Assembly: GCA_964552465.1 (NCBI GenBank)
Contig: CAZKGR010000019.1
Span: 1,619-65,618, forward strand
Source: an uncultured bacterium
GTDB taxonomy: Bacteria; Electryoneota; Electryoneia; Electryoneales; Electryoneaceae
Length of the DNA stretch: 64,000 nt
Direction of reading: 5' to 3'
This document shows positions 50,116 through 60,470 of this stretch, piece by piece (positions within the stretch are counted from its first letter, which is position 1; the number at the start of each line of letters is the position of its first letter). The position numbers were made by a program, and so were the translations under genes. The notes beneath the pieces were generated by a model. The model was given only the letters and a program-made list of their open reading frames with translations, was not told the DNA's origin and ran no database searches.

Positions 50116-52755
50116 TTGTGCAAGGACTCGCTTACTAAACAGGGACACAAACCACCGGTGAATCTCAACAAAAAACGCATGGGCTGGATCGATCAGCCTG
50201 CTATTCTCGGTGGAGTGCCATTCGTTGTGAAAGAATGGCCTGAATACAACACGATCGGTGAACGGGAAAAGAAAGCTGTTATCGACGTGCTGGAGAGTGG
50301 TGTCCTGTCAGGGTTTACCGCGTCTGCTGATGCCAGTTTTCTCGGTGGCCCGGCCGTGCTGAAGCTTGAGACAGAATGGTCAGACGCATTCCAGGTAAAG
50401 CATGCCGTCGCAATGAACTCAGCAACCTCCGCTTTGTTTGCTGCGGTGTCAGCTTGTGAAATTAGTGCCGGAGACGAAGTAATCCTCGATCCTCTGGCAA
50501 TGTCTGGAGCTGCTGCCGCGATTCTGGGCAACGTTGCAATCCCAGTTTTCGCAGATGTGAATCCTCACAGCATGAACTTGGACCCGGAAACACTGGAAAA
50601 TTGCATCAGTCCTCGAACCAAAGTGATCATAGTAATTCATCATGCTGGTTTTCCCGCCGAAATGAATCAAATCCTGATGGTAGCAAAAAAGTATGGCTTG
50701 GCTGTCATAGAGGATAACGCGCAGGCACCAGGTGCAACGTATCACGGCCAGTTCACAGGCACCATCGGGCATATCGGCGTATTCAGCCTTAATAGCAACA
50801 AAATTATCCAGGCCGGTGAGGGCGGAATCGCGGTGACGGATGACGATCAACTCGCGCAGCGTTTGCGATTAATCCGCAATCACGGAGAAAAAGTTGTTCC
50901 GGAAATGGATACGCAACAGTCACAGAATCTACTTGGGTTCAACTTGCGGATGACTGAGTTGACGGCGGCTGTGGCAGCGGTACAACTCGACCGCCTGAAC
51001 GATTTGAAAGCATGGCAAATTCGACTGGCAAACCATCTGACGCAACGTATCCGCAGGGATTATGAGTTCATCGCAGCGCCAGAAATACCTGAGGATTGTA
51101 CGCATGTGTATTCAGGCTATCGCCTGGAGTTTGATGCTGAAGTTGCTGGAATAAACCTCGCCTTGTTTGCCGAGGCGATACAGGCTGAAGGGGTTCCGGT
51201 TCGGATTGGTCCGTCTGATGTTCTCTATCATCAACCCATTTACCGTGACAGATCCATTCGTGGAAATAGCGGATTCCCGTTTGGGAAGAAATGGTATGAC
51301 GGTTATGTATCCTACGACGAAGGAATCTGTCCACAGGCTGAAAGTCTGGTAAACAATTCACTGTTCATTGATACGCTGATTCGCTATCCAATTTCGACCG
51401 AAGACATGGATCGAGTGTTGGACGCATTCTCAAAAGTCATAATGTTCAAGGAAGAAATCGTGGCGTGGGACGAGGCAGGACGACCAGAAAGGAGCTCCAA
51501 ATTTACATCCGGGAGTGAGACGAACAACGATGAACACAAACAACCCACAGAGATCGAACAACCCAAACTGACTGAGGCAGAAATCGTGACGCCTGAGAGC
51601 ATTTCCCAGGCTGAACATGGCGAATCGGTGGTTATTGCGCTTGGGTCAGAAGCGTATGGAAGCGCATATACACTTGCACCGGTTGCCGAAGTGCTGATGG
51701 AGAGGTTGGATGTTGAGTTGCATGTCGCGGTTAGCGGATCTGCGATGGATGTTTTCGGCGAACGTTTTCGTACCAGGCTGAAACACTTCGACGAGCCAGA
51801 TAAAACTAAGCAGAACTTAGACACGATGGTTGAAGAATGGATCGTTGAGATCAAGCCGGATGTTGTGCTGTCAGGATTAACTGGTCCGCTTGATCGATTG
51901 GATTTCGCCATGCAGCGGGCTGCGAAAAAACGTGGGATTAAAACGGTCGCAGTACTTGACTCCTGGACGCGATTAAGTGAACGTCTTTCCGATCCAGATC
52001 GGGACTCGCCGCAGGCGTATCTGCCTGATAAATACGGTATTCCGGACTTCACCACCGCGCTCGAATACGCCAATCTAGGCGTTGATAAATCGCACTTGCA
52101 GCTTGTTGGACATCCATTGCACAACGATCTCAAAAGGATGATTCAACAATGGCGATTGATCCGTGACAGATCTCGACGTTGGATGGAAGTGGATCCAAAC
52201 ATGGATCTCGTTGTCTTCTTCAGCGAACCGCTTGCTGATCAAATTGAGGATGGAATAATTCCCAATCCCGGCTATAATGAGTTTGACGCGTTGAATACGA
52301 CGGCTTCCGGACTGGCACGGCTCTATCGCAAGCACGCATGTGTTCTGGCGGTGAAGGAACAAGCCGAGCAACGATCATTTGGAGACCGGTTGCAGGGTGG
52401 CGAACTAGGGGGTGTGCGAGTCATTGACATAACTGACAGTCCGTTGAATGAATTTGAATGGTTGCTGGCCGCGGATGTGATAGTTGGCATGTCGAGCCCG
52501 ATGCTCGTTCACAGTGCATGCGTGGGAATGCACACCATAGTGATGCAACCGAATCTGATCCGAAGGAATGATCGTAATCCGTTAACTCGTCGCGGCCTGC
52601 TATCAAACCATGAAACACCCGATGATCTGGCGAACGAGATCAACAAGCACGATGATCAGGACAAACGAACACTCGCCCGAATACGGAAAGAGTTTCGTTG
52701 GAATGAGGACGCTGCGGCGAATGTTGCCAAGATGGTTGTTGAATTGTGCAATTGA
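50116..52755 (+). CDS. Fusion protein: DegT/DnrJ/EryC1-family sugar aminotransferase (N-terminal, about 440 aa) + C-terminal about 400-aa two-Rossmann (GT-B-like) domain
   Basis: The N-terminal domain has the PLP sugar-aminotransferase pattern (AVAMNSATSALFAAV, NSNKIIQAGEGGIAVTDD, IRNHG). A low-complexity linker follows. The C-terminal part has two alpha/beta halves (VVIALGSEAYGSAY...; DLVVFF...ADVIVGMSSPMLVHSACVGMHTIV) resembling the MurG/PseG-type GT-B fold. Confidence 0.75.
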   Translation: MCKDSLTKQGHKPPVNLNKKRMGWIDQPAILGGVPFVVKEWPEYNTIGEREKKAVIDVLESGVLSGFTASADASFLGGPAVLKLETEWSDAFQVKHAVAMNSATSALFAAVSACEISAGDEVILDPLAMSGAAAAILGNVAIPVFADVNPHSMNLDPETLENCISPRTKVIIVIHHAGFPAEMNQILMVAKKYGLAVIEDNAQAPGATYHGQFTGTIGHIGVFSLNSNKIIQAGEGGIAVTDDDQLAQRLRLIRNHGEKVVPEMDTQQSQNLLGFNLRMTELTAAVAAVQLDRLNDLKAWQIRLANHLTQRIRRDYEFIAAPEIPEDCTHVYSGYRLEFDAEVAGINLALFAEAIQAEGVPVRIGPSDVLYHQPIYRDRSIRGNSGFPFGKKWYDGYVSYDEGICPQAESLVNNSLFIDTLIRYPISTEDMDRVLDAFSKVIMFKEEIVAWDEAGRPERSSKFTSGSETNNDEHKQPTEIEQPKLTEAEIVTPESISQAEHGESVVIALGSEAYGSAYTLAPVAEVLMERLDVELHVAVSGSAMDVFGERFRTRLKHFDEPDKTKQNLDTMVEEWIVEIKPDVVLSGLTGPLDRLDFAMQRAAKKRGIKTVAVLDSWTRLSERLSDPDRDSPQAYLPDKYGIPDFTTALEYANLGVDKSHLQLVGHPLHNDLKRMIQQWRLIRDRSRRWMEVDPNMDLVVFFSEPLADQIEDGIIPNPGYNEFDALNTTASGLARLYRKHACVLAVKEQAEQRSFGDRLQGGELGGVRVIDITDSPLNEFEWLLAADVIVGMSSPMLVHSACVGMHTIVMQPNLIRRNDRNPLTRRGLLSNHETPDDLANEINKHDDQDKRTLARIRKEFRWNEDAAANVAKMVVELCN

Positions 52756-52897
52756 TTCTTGAATAGAAACGAATGACGTTGTGATCAGGTTCTGGCGGCC
52801 CCTTCATCTTCTCTCCAGAACCACTAAGCAACTTGAGAAAACTGGACATAGCGCAGAAAGAATGCTACGCTGTGACATGCTGATCATTGCATGAGGA

Positions 52898-54145
52898 TTG
52901 TTCGATTTCATGGCTAACCAACCGTTCTTTTTTGTAACCGGTATGTTCCGTTCAGGAACGACGCTGCTTGCCCGTTTGCTGAATGCGCACCCGGAACTGG
53001 CTGTTGCATCTGATCCGTACGCTCCCTTGTTCAAAGCTTTTCGTAATCAGGTGGTCAGCACAACCGAGCTCGGGCAAGCGTTCGACCCGGAAGCTCCGTT
53101 GAGCGACTACTACTTCAGCCTGCGCGAACAAGTCTTTTATCACTCGATTCAACAAACGCCCCTGAATCGACCCTTTTCATCAATGAAACAGTTCACGCTT
53201 CAGGAACAGGTTCGCCAGGCGTCGATGACCACCGCCCCGAAGATTCATCCGTTTCTGGAAACACTGAACGGAAATACATATGCCGATCTGATCAGGTCTG
53301 GAATCAACATAATTGGTGAGGCATATGGTGACGATCAAACGAAAATGATCGGTTTCAAAGAGCTGTGGGCCAGTGAGTTTGTTCCGCATTTACTGGAGGA
53401 GTTTTCAGATGCACGAGCGATTATCGTGCAGAGAGATCCGCGCGCGGTTGCGGCATCTCAGAACTCGACGCATGAAAAGTACCCGTGGATCTTCATCGCA
53501 CGGCAATGGAGAAAACTGAGTGCGATAGCATGGGCGTTGAGACAAAGCGGTTTCCCACACCGGGACCGAGTAAAGTTGGTGAAGTACGAAGCGCTGATCC
53601 GGCGGCCGAAAAGAACTACAGAAGAGATTTGCGACTTTCTGGGTATTCAATTCCACGAAAACATGCTCGATTTCGATCACTTCGTTGATGGATCAGGAAA
53701 CGCCTGGTCACAGAATTCCAGTTATGTTCGAGGCGTTCAGGCATTCAATCCAGATTCAATCAACAAATGGAAAGAAGTGTTGAGCGTGCGTTATTGTGAT
53801 TTCATTGAGCGACTCTGCTGGCCGGAAATGGGCTTATTTCAATATGAACCATTGGTAATGAAAAACTGGGTGCTGCCAGAAGAGGTGATCAATCACCCGC
53901 CGTTGATTCCAGAGAACGAGCTCGCGGACGCGATCAAGTCGTATTCCATAAACAGCAAGCACGCGTATGTTGAGGAGTTGCGGAAAGAACGTCGCCGATG
54001 GAATGCTCTTACAGACGAGAAGATCGTGGAAGAGGAACAACAGTCGTCATATTGCCTGAGTACAAACGTCTACAGGGAGCTGCGCGCGATAGTCAGCAAG
54101 CCAAAAGCAGGACTACAGGCTCCAGTCATTGATGATGGCGAGTGA
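52898..54145 (+). CDS. Sulfotransferase (PAPS-dependent, 5'-PSB motif FRSGTTLL)
   Basis: N-terminal FFFVTGMFRSGTTLLARLL P-loop-like 5'-PSB motif. RDPRAVAAS (3'-PB-like). 415 aa with a C-terminal extension. Confidence 0.7.
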   Translation: MFDFMANQPFFFVTGMFRSGTTLLARLLNAHPELAVASDPYAPLFKAFRNQVVSTTELGQAFDPEAPLSDYYFSLREQVFYHSIQQTPLNRPFSSMKQFTLQEQVRQASMTTAPKIHPFLETLNGNTYADLIRSGINIIGEAYGDDQTKMIGFKELWASEFVPHLLEEFSDARAIIVQRDPRAVAASQNSTHEKYPWIFIARQWRKLSAIAWALRQSGFPHRDRVKLVKYEALIRRPKRTTEEICDFLGIQFHENMLDFDHFVDGSGNAWSQNSSYVRGVQAFNPDSINKWKEVLSVRYCDFIERLCWPEMGLFQYEPLVMKNWVLPEEVINHPPLIPENELADAIKSYSINSKHAYVEELRKERRRWNALTDEKIVEEEQQSSYCLSTNVYRELRAIVSKPKAGLQAPVIDDGE

Positions 54146-54835
54146 TCATGCCAAAACAACAGAATCAATTTGCTTCTTAAATGCGGCGATGTTGGTTTCG
54201 ACATCGCCTTTGTAAATAGCCGAGCCCGCAACCAGCTCGTCCACGCCATTGCGAACCAAATCGGCAGCATTGTCAGGTGTTACACCGCCGTCAACCTGCA
54301 AACGTGCGGTTGATTCATGAGCTAATAACAAACGCGCAACCTTGTGCACCTTATCCAATCCTTCCGGGATGAACGATTGCCCGCCCCAGCCTGGATTGAC
54401 GGTCATGATCAAAACGCGGTCAACCAGGGGTAGCACATATTTCAATGATTCGGTTACCGGCGTTGCCGGGTTCAACGACACCCCTGCTTCACAACCAGCG
54501 TCCCGAATCATTCCCAACACACGATGCAAATGCGCGGTCGCTTCCACGTGAACCGTAATCGACTTCGCGCCCGCATCCGCGAACGCCTGGATCTGTTTTT
54601 CCGGCTCAACGATCATCAGGTGAGCGTCCACATGTGCGCTGGTTTCATCAACAATTGCCTTGACAACATCCGCTCCGAATGTGATCGGGGGAACGAACTG
54701 TCCGTCCATCACATCAGCGTGTAGCCCGTGAGCGCCAGCAGCTAGAGCGCGTTGCGAGTCACGACCCAGGTTGGCGAAGTCGGCGGCAAGGATTGATGGG
54801 AGAATGCGAACAGGATTTCGCGAAATGGTATCCAT
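54146..54835 (-). CDS. rpe: Ribulose-phosphate 3-epimerase
   Basis: ILPSILAADFANLG...HADVMDGQFVPPITFG...MTVNPGWGGQSF is the canonical Rpe pattern. Its stop abuts the sulfotransferase stop (TGATCA). Confidence 0.9.
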   Translation of the reverse strand: MDTISRNPVRILPSILAADFANLGRDSQRALAAGAHGLHADVMDGQFVPPITFGADVVKAIVDETSAHVDAHLMIVEPEKQIQAFADAGAKSITVHVEATAHLHRVLGMIRDAGCEAGVSLNPATPVTESLKYVLPLVDRVLIMTVNPGWGGQSFIPEGLDKVHKVARLLLAHESTARLQVDGGVTPDNAADLVRNGVDELVAGSAIYKGDVETNIAAFKKQIDSVVLA

Positions 54836-54873
54836 GATCGTCGTGTGTTTAGTTAATCGGACACAGATGTCGT

Positions 54874-55701
54874 TTATTCGCCGGATGCTGTTTCATCATC
54901 ACCCGTGGCCAGCGAATCCGAATGGATCGTGCTAATGTCAGGATCAATCCAGTCTTCTGGAAAGTTGACTTCAAGGTGGACCGGATCATTACGCTCCATA
55001 ACCCGACGCGGTGGTGGATCCTGGTTCATCACCGCTCCTTTACGCCGGCCAATGTAACGGTCATATTCGACAGATCCAATGGTCAATCCAGCTTTCAAGA
55101 TCAGATAACGGGCTTGTTCGTGCGGCAAATCCATAACATCTGGAACTATTACGCGTCGCGGTTCCTGCCCCAGACTGACAATCAATTCTACCACGGACTC
55201 ACGCTCGAGAACGGTTCCAGAATCCGGAAGTTGTGCTATCACCTGATTCTCGAACACGGAGTCGCTGAACGCATAGCCCGGGGTAACGACAACCAAACCA
55301 GCAGCTTCTATATCGTGAACGGCTTCTTCACTGCTAAGACCAATAACGAATGGGACATGCGTCATCGGTACTCCGGCAGCGACAATCACGTGAACTCGCC
55401 TTCCAGGCTTGGCGGTTCCGTTTGGTGCCGGGAATTGATCGAGGATGATACCTTGTTCAACATCGGCAAGGAACTGTTCGTCAGTAACAACGATTTCTAC
55501 GTGTTCTTTCTTCGCAACTTCAGCGGCTTCTTCCTGACTTAAACCGCGAAGATCTGGCACCTTAATTTCGCTCCAATTTCTGATATAGACGGGCATTACG
55601 ATATAATTCATCAACAGAACAAACAGTACCCAGACACCGAGAATAATTCCGATGCGAACGATCCACGCCTGAGCTGTTCTGAACCTGTCCATGAAGCTCA
55701 T
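54874..55701 (-). CDS. PASTA-domain membrane protein (no kinase or transpeptidase domain)
   Basis: N-terminal TM segment then three about 65-aa repeats with the PASTA pattern (VPDLRGLSQEEA..., VPFVIGLSSEEA..., VPDVMDLPHEQA...). The start ATG overlaps the rsmB stop (ATGA). Confidence 0.65.
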   Translation of the reverse strand: MSFMDRFRTAQAWIVRIGIILGVWVLFVLLMNYIVMPVYIRNWSEIKVPDLRGLSQEEAAEVAKKEHVEIVVTDEQFLADVEQGIILDQFPAPNGTAKPGRRVHVIVAAGVPMTHVPFVIGLSSEEAVHDIEAAGLVVVTPGYAFSDSVFENQVIAQLPDSGTVLERESVVELIVSLGQEPRRVIVPDVMDLPHEQARYLILKAGLTIGSVEYDRYIGRRKGAVMNQDPPPRRVMERNDPVHLEVNFPEDWIDPDISTIHSDSLATGDDETASGE

Positions 55702-57014
55702 TTTATTCGTTTCCAACGAGTGACAAAAGCGCCATCTACCTTATCTCGAGGTGGCCAGGTTGCGGCAATTCCATTTCCGCCGCGCAAGCTGGACGGAATA
55801 CTTTCCGGTAATTTATCACGGATAAGCTCTTCACTCGCCCGTTTGTCGAACAATCGGACCCGTTTTTCATTCTCTGCCGGTTCGAGGCTGCACGTGCTGT
55901 AAACGAGTATGCCGCCACGTTTTACAAGTGACGCAGCCTTGTTCAATAACTGCCGTTGTACTTTCGCGATCTGATCAACTTGCAATGGCGAACGGTTTAC
56001 CAATAAGTCCGCCCTGCGATGTGCTACACCGGTTCCCGAGCAAGGTACATCAAGCAGCACGCGATCAAACGGTTGCGATTCGTAAGCGAGTAGATCTTCG
56101 GTGATAACCTCAACTGAAGTGTGTCCCAATCGTTCGAGCGTTTCACGGGTCTGGTGATTGCGTTTCATGTTCTTGTCGAGCGCAATCAATTGGCCATCAC
56201 CAGCCATCATTTCCCAGATAAGTGCAGACTTCCCGCCCGGTGCACAACATAGATCGAGAACTCGTTCGCCCGGCTGCGGGTCCAGTGCTCGTACAGCCAT
56301 GGACGGGGCCGGGTCTTGAACTGTTGTAAGTCCTTGCTGGAAAGAAGGTAGTTCGGCAGGACGAATTTCGCGAGCGTATACAAACCCCGGCCAGTCAGGC
56401 AACGGCTCAAATTTCACACCTTCGTCACGCAGTATTTGCTGCCATTGATCGTCAGATTCGGTGCGCAACAAATTGCGCCGCAATCCAATCGAAGGGATAC
56501 TTTTGAAAAATTGGATAAGCGTGTCGGTTTTTTCTTCACCCCACTGCTGAGACCAGAAATTGCGCCATCTGTTGAACGGAGTGCCGGGTGTTGTGAACGC
56601 GTCGACTGGACGATCTGGAGGAGTTTGGCGCAAGGCGGACCTCAGAACAGCGTTAACCAACCCGCCTCCATTGTTGCCGGCGAGATGACGTGCGTGATTG
56701 ACAGCTTCATTGACCACGGCGTGATCGGGAACTCGATCGAGATGCCGTAGCTGATACAACGCGACCTCAAGGATTTCGAGCAGGCCGGGTTTCAATTTCT
56801 TTAGTGGAGGTTTGACCAGCTTCGACAACTCAATGTCAAGCACGGACTTGTGCCGGACCACGCCGTACACAATTTCGGTTAACAACGCACGATCGCGATC
56901 ATCCCACTCGCCCTCGGCCAGGTGTTTGTCACGGATAGCGTCCACTTTTCGGCTGGAAGTAGCCCAATCAGTGATGATTTCAGCCGCAGCGCGGCGTGGA
57001 TTGGGGCGGCTCAT
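55698..57014 (-). CDS. rsmB: 16S rRNA (cytosine967-C5)-methyltransferase RsmB/Sun
   Basis: NusB-like N-domain. SAM motif VLDLCAAPGGKS. Catalytic DVPCSGTG and TCS motifs. Confidence 0.85.
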   Translation of the reverse strand: MSRPNPRRAAAEIITDWATSSRKVDAIRDKHLAEGEWDDRDRALLTEIVYGVVRHKSVLDIELSKLVKPPLKKLKPGLLEILEVALYQLRHLDRVPDHAVVNEAVNHARHLAGNNGGGLVNAVLRSALRQTPPDRPVDAFTTPGTPFNRWRNFWSQQWGEEKTDTLIQFFKSIPSIGLRRNLLRTESDDQWQQILRDEGVKFEPLPDWPGFVYAREIRPAELPSFQQGLTTVQDPAPSMAVRALDPQPGERVLDLCCAPGGKSALIWEMMAGDGQLIALDKNMKRNHQTRETLERLGHTSVEVITEDLLAYESQPFDRVLLDVPCSGTGVAHRRADLLVNRSPLQVDQIAKVQRQLLNKAASLVKRGGILVYSTCSLEPAENEKRVRLFDKRASEELIRDKLPESIPSSLRGGNGIAATWPPRDKVDGAFVTRWKRIK

Positions 57015-57958
57015 CCGGCTTCTCCAACACGTTCGCCGACCTCGACAGGATAACCGCGAAGAAAATCGGACACACGCATCAGTTTTTTACCCTGGAGCTG
57101 AACTTCGTTAATCTTCAAAGCACCTTGACCGCATCCGATGACAAATCGACCAGAGTTTGCATCCGCTTCAACAACGACGCCAGGATCACTGAACAGGTCG
57201 TCCTGAGGTGCGGTTGAAAACACCTTGAGCTGCTTTCCATGCAGGGTTGTCTGTGCACCCGGCCAAGGAGTCACCCCCCGTGCCCGATTGTGCACTTGTA
57301 ATGCAGTCTGCGACCAGTCAAGCACACCGTCTTCTTTGCCAAGTTTGGGAGCTTTTGTAACCAGCGTTTCATCCTGCGGGATTGGAGTCAAACCACCTTT
57401 TTCCAGCGCGGCGATTGCTTCGAGAATCATCTTGCCACCGACTGGCGCAAGCCGAACCGCCAAGTCGCGGGATGTTTCGTACTGATCGATTGGATGACGG
57501 GTTTGCAGCAACACGCCGCCAGCATCTACCTGCTTTGTGATGCGAATAACGCTGACGCCGGTTTCCGTATCACCGTTGATTAACGCCCAGTTGAGTGGCG
57601 CGGGCCCACGGTAGCGGGGCAGCAGGCTGGGGTGCACGTTCAAAACGCCATGCTTCGGCATGTCGAAGATTGCCGGTGGGAGAATCTTGAATGCGACCAC
57701 AACGGCAACATCCGGCTCCAACGCACGGAATTGCTCATGAAACGCCGGGTCTTTCAGCCGCTCCGGCATCAACACAGGCACATTGGACTCATTGTCGGCA
57801 ACAAATTTACGAACTGGTGTCGGTTGCATTTTTCGGCCACGACCAGCGAGCTTGTCCGGTCCGGTGACCACTCCCACGAGCTCGTGATTGTCACTGGCGA
57901 GCAACTGTTCGAGAGTGGGAATTCCGAAACGATCTGTACCTAGAAAAACGACACGCAT
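57011..57958 (-). CDS. fmt: Methionyl-tRNA formyltransferase
   Basis: MRVVFLGT..FG...L, and HPSLLPRYRGPAPLNWALINGDTETGVS. ATGA overlap with rsmB. Confidence 0.9.
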   Translation of the reverse strand: MRVVFLGTDRFGIPTLEQLLASDNHELVGVVTGPDKLAGRGRKMQPTPVRKFVADNESNVPVLMPERLKDPAFHEQFRALEPDVAVVVAFKILPPAIFDMPKHGVLNVHPSLLPRYRGPAPLNWALINGDTETGVSVIRITKQVDAGGVLLQTRHPIDQYETSRDLAVRLAPVGGKMILEAIAALEKGGLTPIPQDETLVTKAPKLGKEDGVLDWSQTALQVHNRARGVTPWPGAQTTLHGKQLKVFSTAPQDDLFSDPGVVVEADANSGRFVIGCGQGALKINEVQLQGKKLMRVSDFLRGYPVEVGERVGEAG

Positions 57959-57985
57959 GGGTATTCTTCTCTGTGTCGAGGGGGG

Positions 57986-58504
57986 CTAGTTTTCTTCGCT
58001 TAAACGCTTGAGTTTGCCACGCATCAGGGTTCGCTGCAGCACTGGGAGATAGTCGGTGATCAACACACCGTCCAAATGATCCATCTCGTGCTGAACCACT
58101 ACCGCGAGCATGTCATCTGCTTCCAGAACCTGCTTATTGCCTTGTAAATCCTGGTATTCGATGGTGACAGCCTCTGGTCGCTCAACTTGAACATTAATTT
58201 CGGGCAACGAAAGGCAGCCTTCTTCGCAGGTTGCTATCTCTTCGCTTTCGGCGACGATTTCCGGGTTTGCCAGGGTGAAAGTGCGCAACTTCTGGACACC
58301 ATCCTCTTCCATCGGCAATCCGATCACGAGGAAACGGATGCTCAGACCGACCTGCGGCGCTGCGAGGCCGACGCCGTCACCCTTTTCCATCGTTTCCAGC
58401 ATATCAGCAGCGAGCTGCTCGAGCTTTGGACCAAACTCGGTGACCGGTTCCGCGATTTTGCGCAGAACCGGATCGCCATATACCAGTATTTTCATCTCCG
58501 CCAT
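57986..58504 (-). CDS. def: Peptide deformylase
   Basis: GVGLAAPQVG, EGCLSLP and QHEMDHLDG motifs. Confidence 0.9.
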   Translation of the reverse strand: MAEMKILVYGDPVLRKIAEPVTEFGPKLEQLAADMLETMEKGDGVGLAAPQVGLSIRFLVIGLPMEEDGVQKLRTFTLANPEIVAESEEIATCEEGCLSLPEINVQVERPEAVTIEYQDLQGNKQVLEADDMLAVVVQHEMDHLDGVLITDYLPVLQRTLMRGKLKRLSEEN

Positions 58505-58532
58505 GTAACCGTCTCCGTGGGCACGCAGCTGA

Positions 58533-58868
58533 TCAGCTGGCGTCCGTCTTCCGGTTCACGGCCGAGCGATCGACAATGATCTTGTTTCCCTCATTGATCT
58601 TGATGATCAACGTGTTGTCCTGCTCACGGACCCCAGATACGGTGCCGTGAATCCCGCCAATTGTGACAACATTATCGCCCTGCTTGATCTCGGCGATCAT
58701 CTTCTGCTGTTCTTTTTGCTTCTTGGCTTGCGGACGGATCATCAGGAAGTAAATGATCACAAAAATCAGGATAAACGGCAGGAATCCGATCAAACCGCCA
58801 CCACCACCCTCCGCGCCTTCGCCGGCGGGTGCCATCATCAAGACAAAGTCCAATGGAATGAAATGCAT
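58533..58868 (-). CDS. yajC: Preprotein translocase subunit YajC
   Basis: Gly-rich N-terminus. TM segment FLPFILIFVIIYFLMIRPQAKKQKE then ...GDNVVTIGGIHGTV. I trimmed the start to the ATG at 58868 (111 aa). Confidence 0.8.
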   Translation of the reverse strand: MHFIPLDFVLMMAPAGEGAEGGGGGLIGFLPFILIFVIIYFLMIRPQAKKQKEQQKMIAEIKQGDNVVTIGGIHGTVSGVREQDNTLIIKINEGNKIIVDRSAVNRKTDAS

Positions 58869-59384
58869 CGTGTTCTCTCTCGCCTTCGTTTGAATGAGTA
58901 TCAGCTCGGCAATATACACGGAGGATACGGTCTTTGCTGAGTCACGAGCAGAGCGCGTGAGCCGTTCCACGAGACGAGATGTGAGAGGCGAGACGGTAGA
59001 GATGTACATGCCTGTGTTAATCCACATCGTGGTTCACAGGGATTAGGTACCAGGTAGGACAAAGGGGACACCTACGTCCCATTCCGCCGAGCTTCTTTGT
59101 GGCACCACTCTCCAATGCTTCAAGTCTGATGACCATTTTCACCGACAGTTCTGGGACGAAGATGTCCCCGATTCGACCATCCCGGCTGGCACAGCCCGCC
59201 AGAGGCACACTCTGACAAACATCATGAAATCCGACTTGGCGGAGACCAAGTCGGGCCACCTATTACAGGCAGCATCCGTTGACCACAAGGCCGAGAAACG
59301 GTGTGTGAGCCCGTTGACACTCGCAACAACACCGGGATACATTTCTGATTCTCGTTTAGCGCGCATTCACATTGCAAATACCCG

Positions 59385-60470
59385 ATGACAGATCGTCCAC
59401 TCAGCCGACCGTGGTTCCGTGCCAAGGGATTCGCTCTCTACGCACGGCTGGCGATCTCCCGCAAGGACGATGTCAGCGCTGACCCAATCCCACGCGATGT
59501 GAAACGCATACTCGTGCTCGCACCCGTGTTGCGCGGCGATTACCTGGTCGCGACGCCGCTGTTTGCCGCATTGAAGGAAGCACGTCCGAACGCAGAGATT
59601 GCGGTGTTGGTGAAAAGTCCTGGTCGTGAACTGGCGGCGCATGATCCGAATGTGGATCGGGTGCTGATATACGAGTCACTACCGAAGTGGTTCGCATCGA
59701 TGCAGGAAGTATACTGGTACCATCCGGATGTTGTAGTGCTGCCAAAGGGTCACCCGGCGTTCACCGAGAGTTTGTTGATGATGGTCAGCAGGGCGAGGTA
59801 CCGCGTGGGCTTGTCGCATCCGCATCACAACCCGCTCCTGACACATCCGATAGAGCACGATTGGGACAATGAACATCGGACGGTGGCATACGTTCGACTG
59901 TTGAAACCGTTCGGTGCAGATCCAGCATCGGCGAGTCGGCGGTTACATATCGGCAGCATCCCGGAAGCGGAGCGATGGGCCGGACGAATCTGGGCGTCGA
60001 ATGAGGGAAATCCGCTTTTTTCGGTTAACTTGTCGGCCAGTCGTGAATCCCGGATGTGGACTCTGGATGCGTGGCGAGATTTAATCACAGAGTTGATTGA
60101 ATACCGTCCGCATGCGCGGTTTATCGTGCTGAGCATGCCAATTGACAGGCCTATGTGTGATACGTTGGCCAGCGAATTTGAAGCAGTTACAACGGTACCT
60201 ACGCGGAGCCTGTTGGAAGCGGTTGCGTTGACCGCGCGAACAGACATGCTTATCACTGTTGACACTGGAATTGTTCAGGCCGCGGCGGCACGAGGAGTGC
60301 CGATGGTTGTGCTGTACAATGGCGACCACGAAGTCTATTTGCGCTTTGCGCCGCAATCAGTGCCGCATCGCGCGATTCTGGCCCCACGAAACGAACCGGT
60401 GGCAGTCATCAAGCCTACCGATGTTTCTCATGAAGTAGTCCATCTCCTCGCTGAACTGGAGAAGTTATAA
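59385..60470 (+). CDS. Glycosyltransferase family 9 (heptosyltransferase-like)
   Basis: ILVLAPVLRGDYLVATPLFAALKEARPNAEIAVLV...ITVDTGIVQAAAARGVPMVVLY fits the GT9 pattern. Confidence 0.7.
   Translation: MTDRPLSRPWFRAKGFALYARLAISRKDDVSADPIPRDVKRILVLAPVLRGDYLVATPLFAALKEARPNAEIAVLVKSPGRELAAHDPNVDRVLIYESLPKWFASMQEVYWYHPDVVVLPKGHPAFTESLLMMVSRARYRVGLSHPHHNPLLTHPIEHDWDNEHRTVAYVRLLKPFGADPASASRRLHIGSIPEAERWAGRIWASNEGNPLFSVNLSASRESRMWTLDAWRDLITELIEYRPHARFIVLSMPIDRPMCDTLASEFEAVTTVPTRSLLEAVALTARTDMLITVDTGIVQAAAARGVPMVVLYNGDHEVYLRFAPQSVPHRAILAPRNEPVAVIKPTDVSHEVVHLLAELEKL

Noticed and set aside
51384-52133. 249-aa minus-strand ORF inside the DegT-fusion gene
   Set aside because: Antisense to a continuous, motif-supported 879-aa ORF. 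Ser-rich and low-complexity.
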